Below are positions 63,363 through 64,000 of a stretch of 64,000 nucleotides of DNA, in pieces (position 1 is the first letter of the stretch; every line of letters starts with the position of its first letter). The stretch comes from an uncultured Pelagibacteraceae bacterium. GTDB lineage: Bacteria; Pseudomonadota; Alphaproteobacteria; Pelagibacterales; Pelagibacteraceae. The stretch spans positions 20,061-84,060 of the forward strand of contig CACGAU010000006.1 of assembly GCA_902571135.1 (NCBI GenBank). Reading direction: 5' to 3'. The translations under genes and the position numbers were made by a program. The notes beneath the pieces were generated by a model. It saw nothing but the letters and a program-made list of their open reading frames with translations. It was not told the origin of the DNA and ran no database searches.

Positions 63363-63407
63363 GAACGGAATGGAACGAAACGAACGAAACGAAATGGAAA
63401 TGAAATG
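63363..63407 (+). repeat. Degenerate tandem (R)AAYG repeat, 9 units, in the pnp leader
   Basis: gaacg gaatg gaacg aaacg aacg aaacg aaatg gaaatg aaatg; the last unit contains the pnp ATG. Confidence 0.85.
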
Positions 63408-64000
63408 TTTAAAGTATATAAGAAGGAAATTGAAGTAGCAGGAAAGAAGATTAGTTTAGAAACAGGTAAAGTAGCAAGACAGGCAGACGGTGCAATAATC
63501 GCAACATGTGGAGAGACAGTCGTACTAGCAACAGTAGTAGGAGCAAAAAAAGTAAATCCTGATATGGATTACTTTCCATTATCTGTAAATTACCAAGAAA
63601 AATATTATGCAGCTGGAAAAATTCCAGGTGGATATTTTAAAAGAGAAGCAAGACCAACCGAGAGCGAAACATTAATCTCAAGATTAATTGATAGACCAAT
63701 CAGACCTTTGTTTCCTGATGAATTTAAAAATGAAGTTCAGTTATTACCAACTGTGATTTCATATGATAAAGAAAATGAACCAGATATTTTATCAATCACT
63801 GCTTCATCAGCAGCATTAGCCATATCGGGAATGCCATTTATGGGTCCTGTAGGAGCTTCAAGGGTTGGATTTATTGATGGAAAATATGTTTTAAACCCAT
63901 CTAAAGCAGAATTAGAAAAATCTAAATTAGATTTAGTTGTAGCGGGTACAAAAGATGCTGTGCTAATGGTTGAGTCTGAAGCAAAGGGTTTAACAGAAGA
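63405..64000 (+). CDS. pnp: Polyribonucleotide nucleotidyltransferase (PNPase), 5' part
   Basis: Manual translation [30 protein letters not shown]...[24 protein letters not shown]...[11 protein letters not shown]; runs off the window. Confidence 0.97.
   Translation, partial: MFKVYKKEIEVAGKKISLETGKVARQADGAIIATCGETVVLATVVGAKKVNPDMDYFPLSVNYQEKYYAAGKIPGGYFKREARPTESETLISRLIDRPIRPLFPDEFKNEVQLLPTVISYDKENEPDILSITASSAALAISGMPFMGPVGASRVGFIDGKYVLNPSKAELEKSKLDLVVAGTKDAVLMVESEAKGLTE

Noticed and set aside
63348-63407. Repeat array as CRISPR or REP/mobile repeat
   Set aside because: Units are 4-6 nt with no spacers, no palindrome and no cas or transposase genes
1-64000. tRNA, rRNA, prophage, IS or anti-phage defence operons
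   Set aside because: No GC-rich structured intergenic segment of sufficient size, and no integrase, transposase or defence-type ORFs recognised

Overview
AT-rich, gene-dense alphaproteobacterial chromosome segment. Gene content, extreme compaction and protein style strongly suggest SAR11/Pelagibacterales (inference from sequence, no database search). It spans the probable replication origin (DnaA boxes between the PSRP/DUF299 gene and hemE), a perfect parS inside rsmG, and about 65 mostly housekeeping genes: ftsK-lolA, his cluster, hslVU, secB, dnaQ-coaE-aroE-maf, hemEHJ-rho, mnmEG-rsmG-parAB, leuS, major porin, dnaKJ-grpE, maeB, murJ-trpS, fur-miaB-phoH-ybeY-lnt-metK, nusA-infB-rbfA-rpsO-pnp. 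I found no mobile element, CRISPR array, rRNA or tRNA. The most interesting signals are small: (1) an uncalled 39-aa ArfA-like ribosome-rescue ORF overlapping the end of a CenR-like pseudo-receiver regulator; (2) a nine-unit AAYG repeat ladder that runs into the pnp start codon and also encodes an overlapping out-of-frame uORF; (3) a terminator in the nusA leader (possible attenuator); (4) recurrent leaderless-type promoter architecture and head-to-head overlapping starts, including a shared ATGCAT; (5) two paralogous sulfotransferases inserted into core clusters on either side of oriC.
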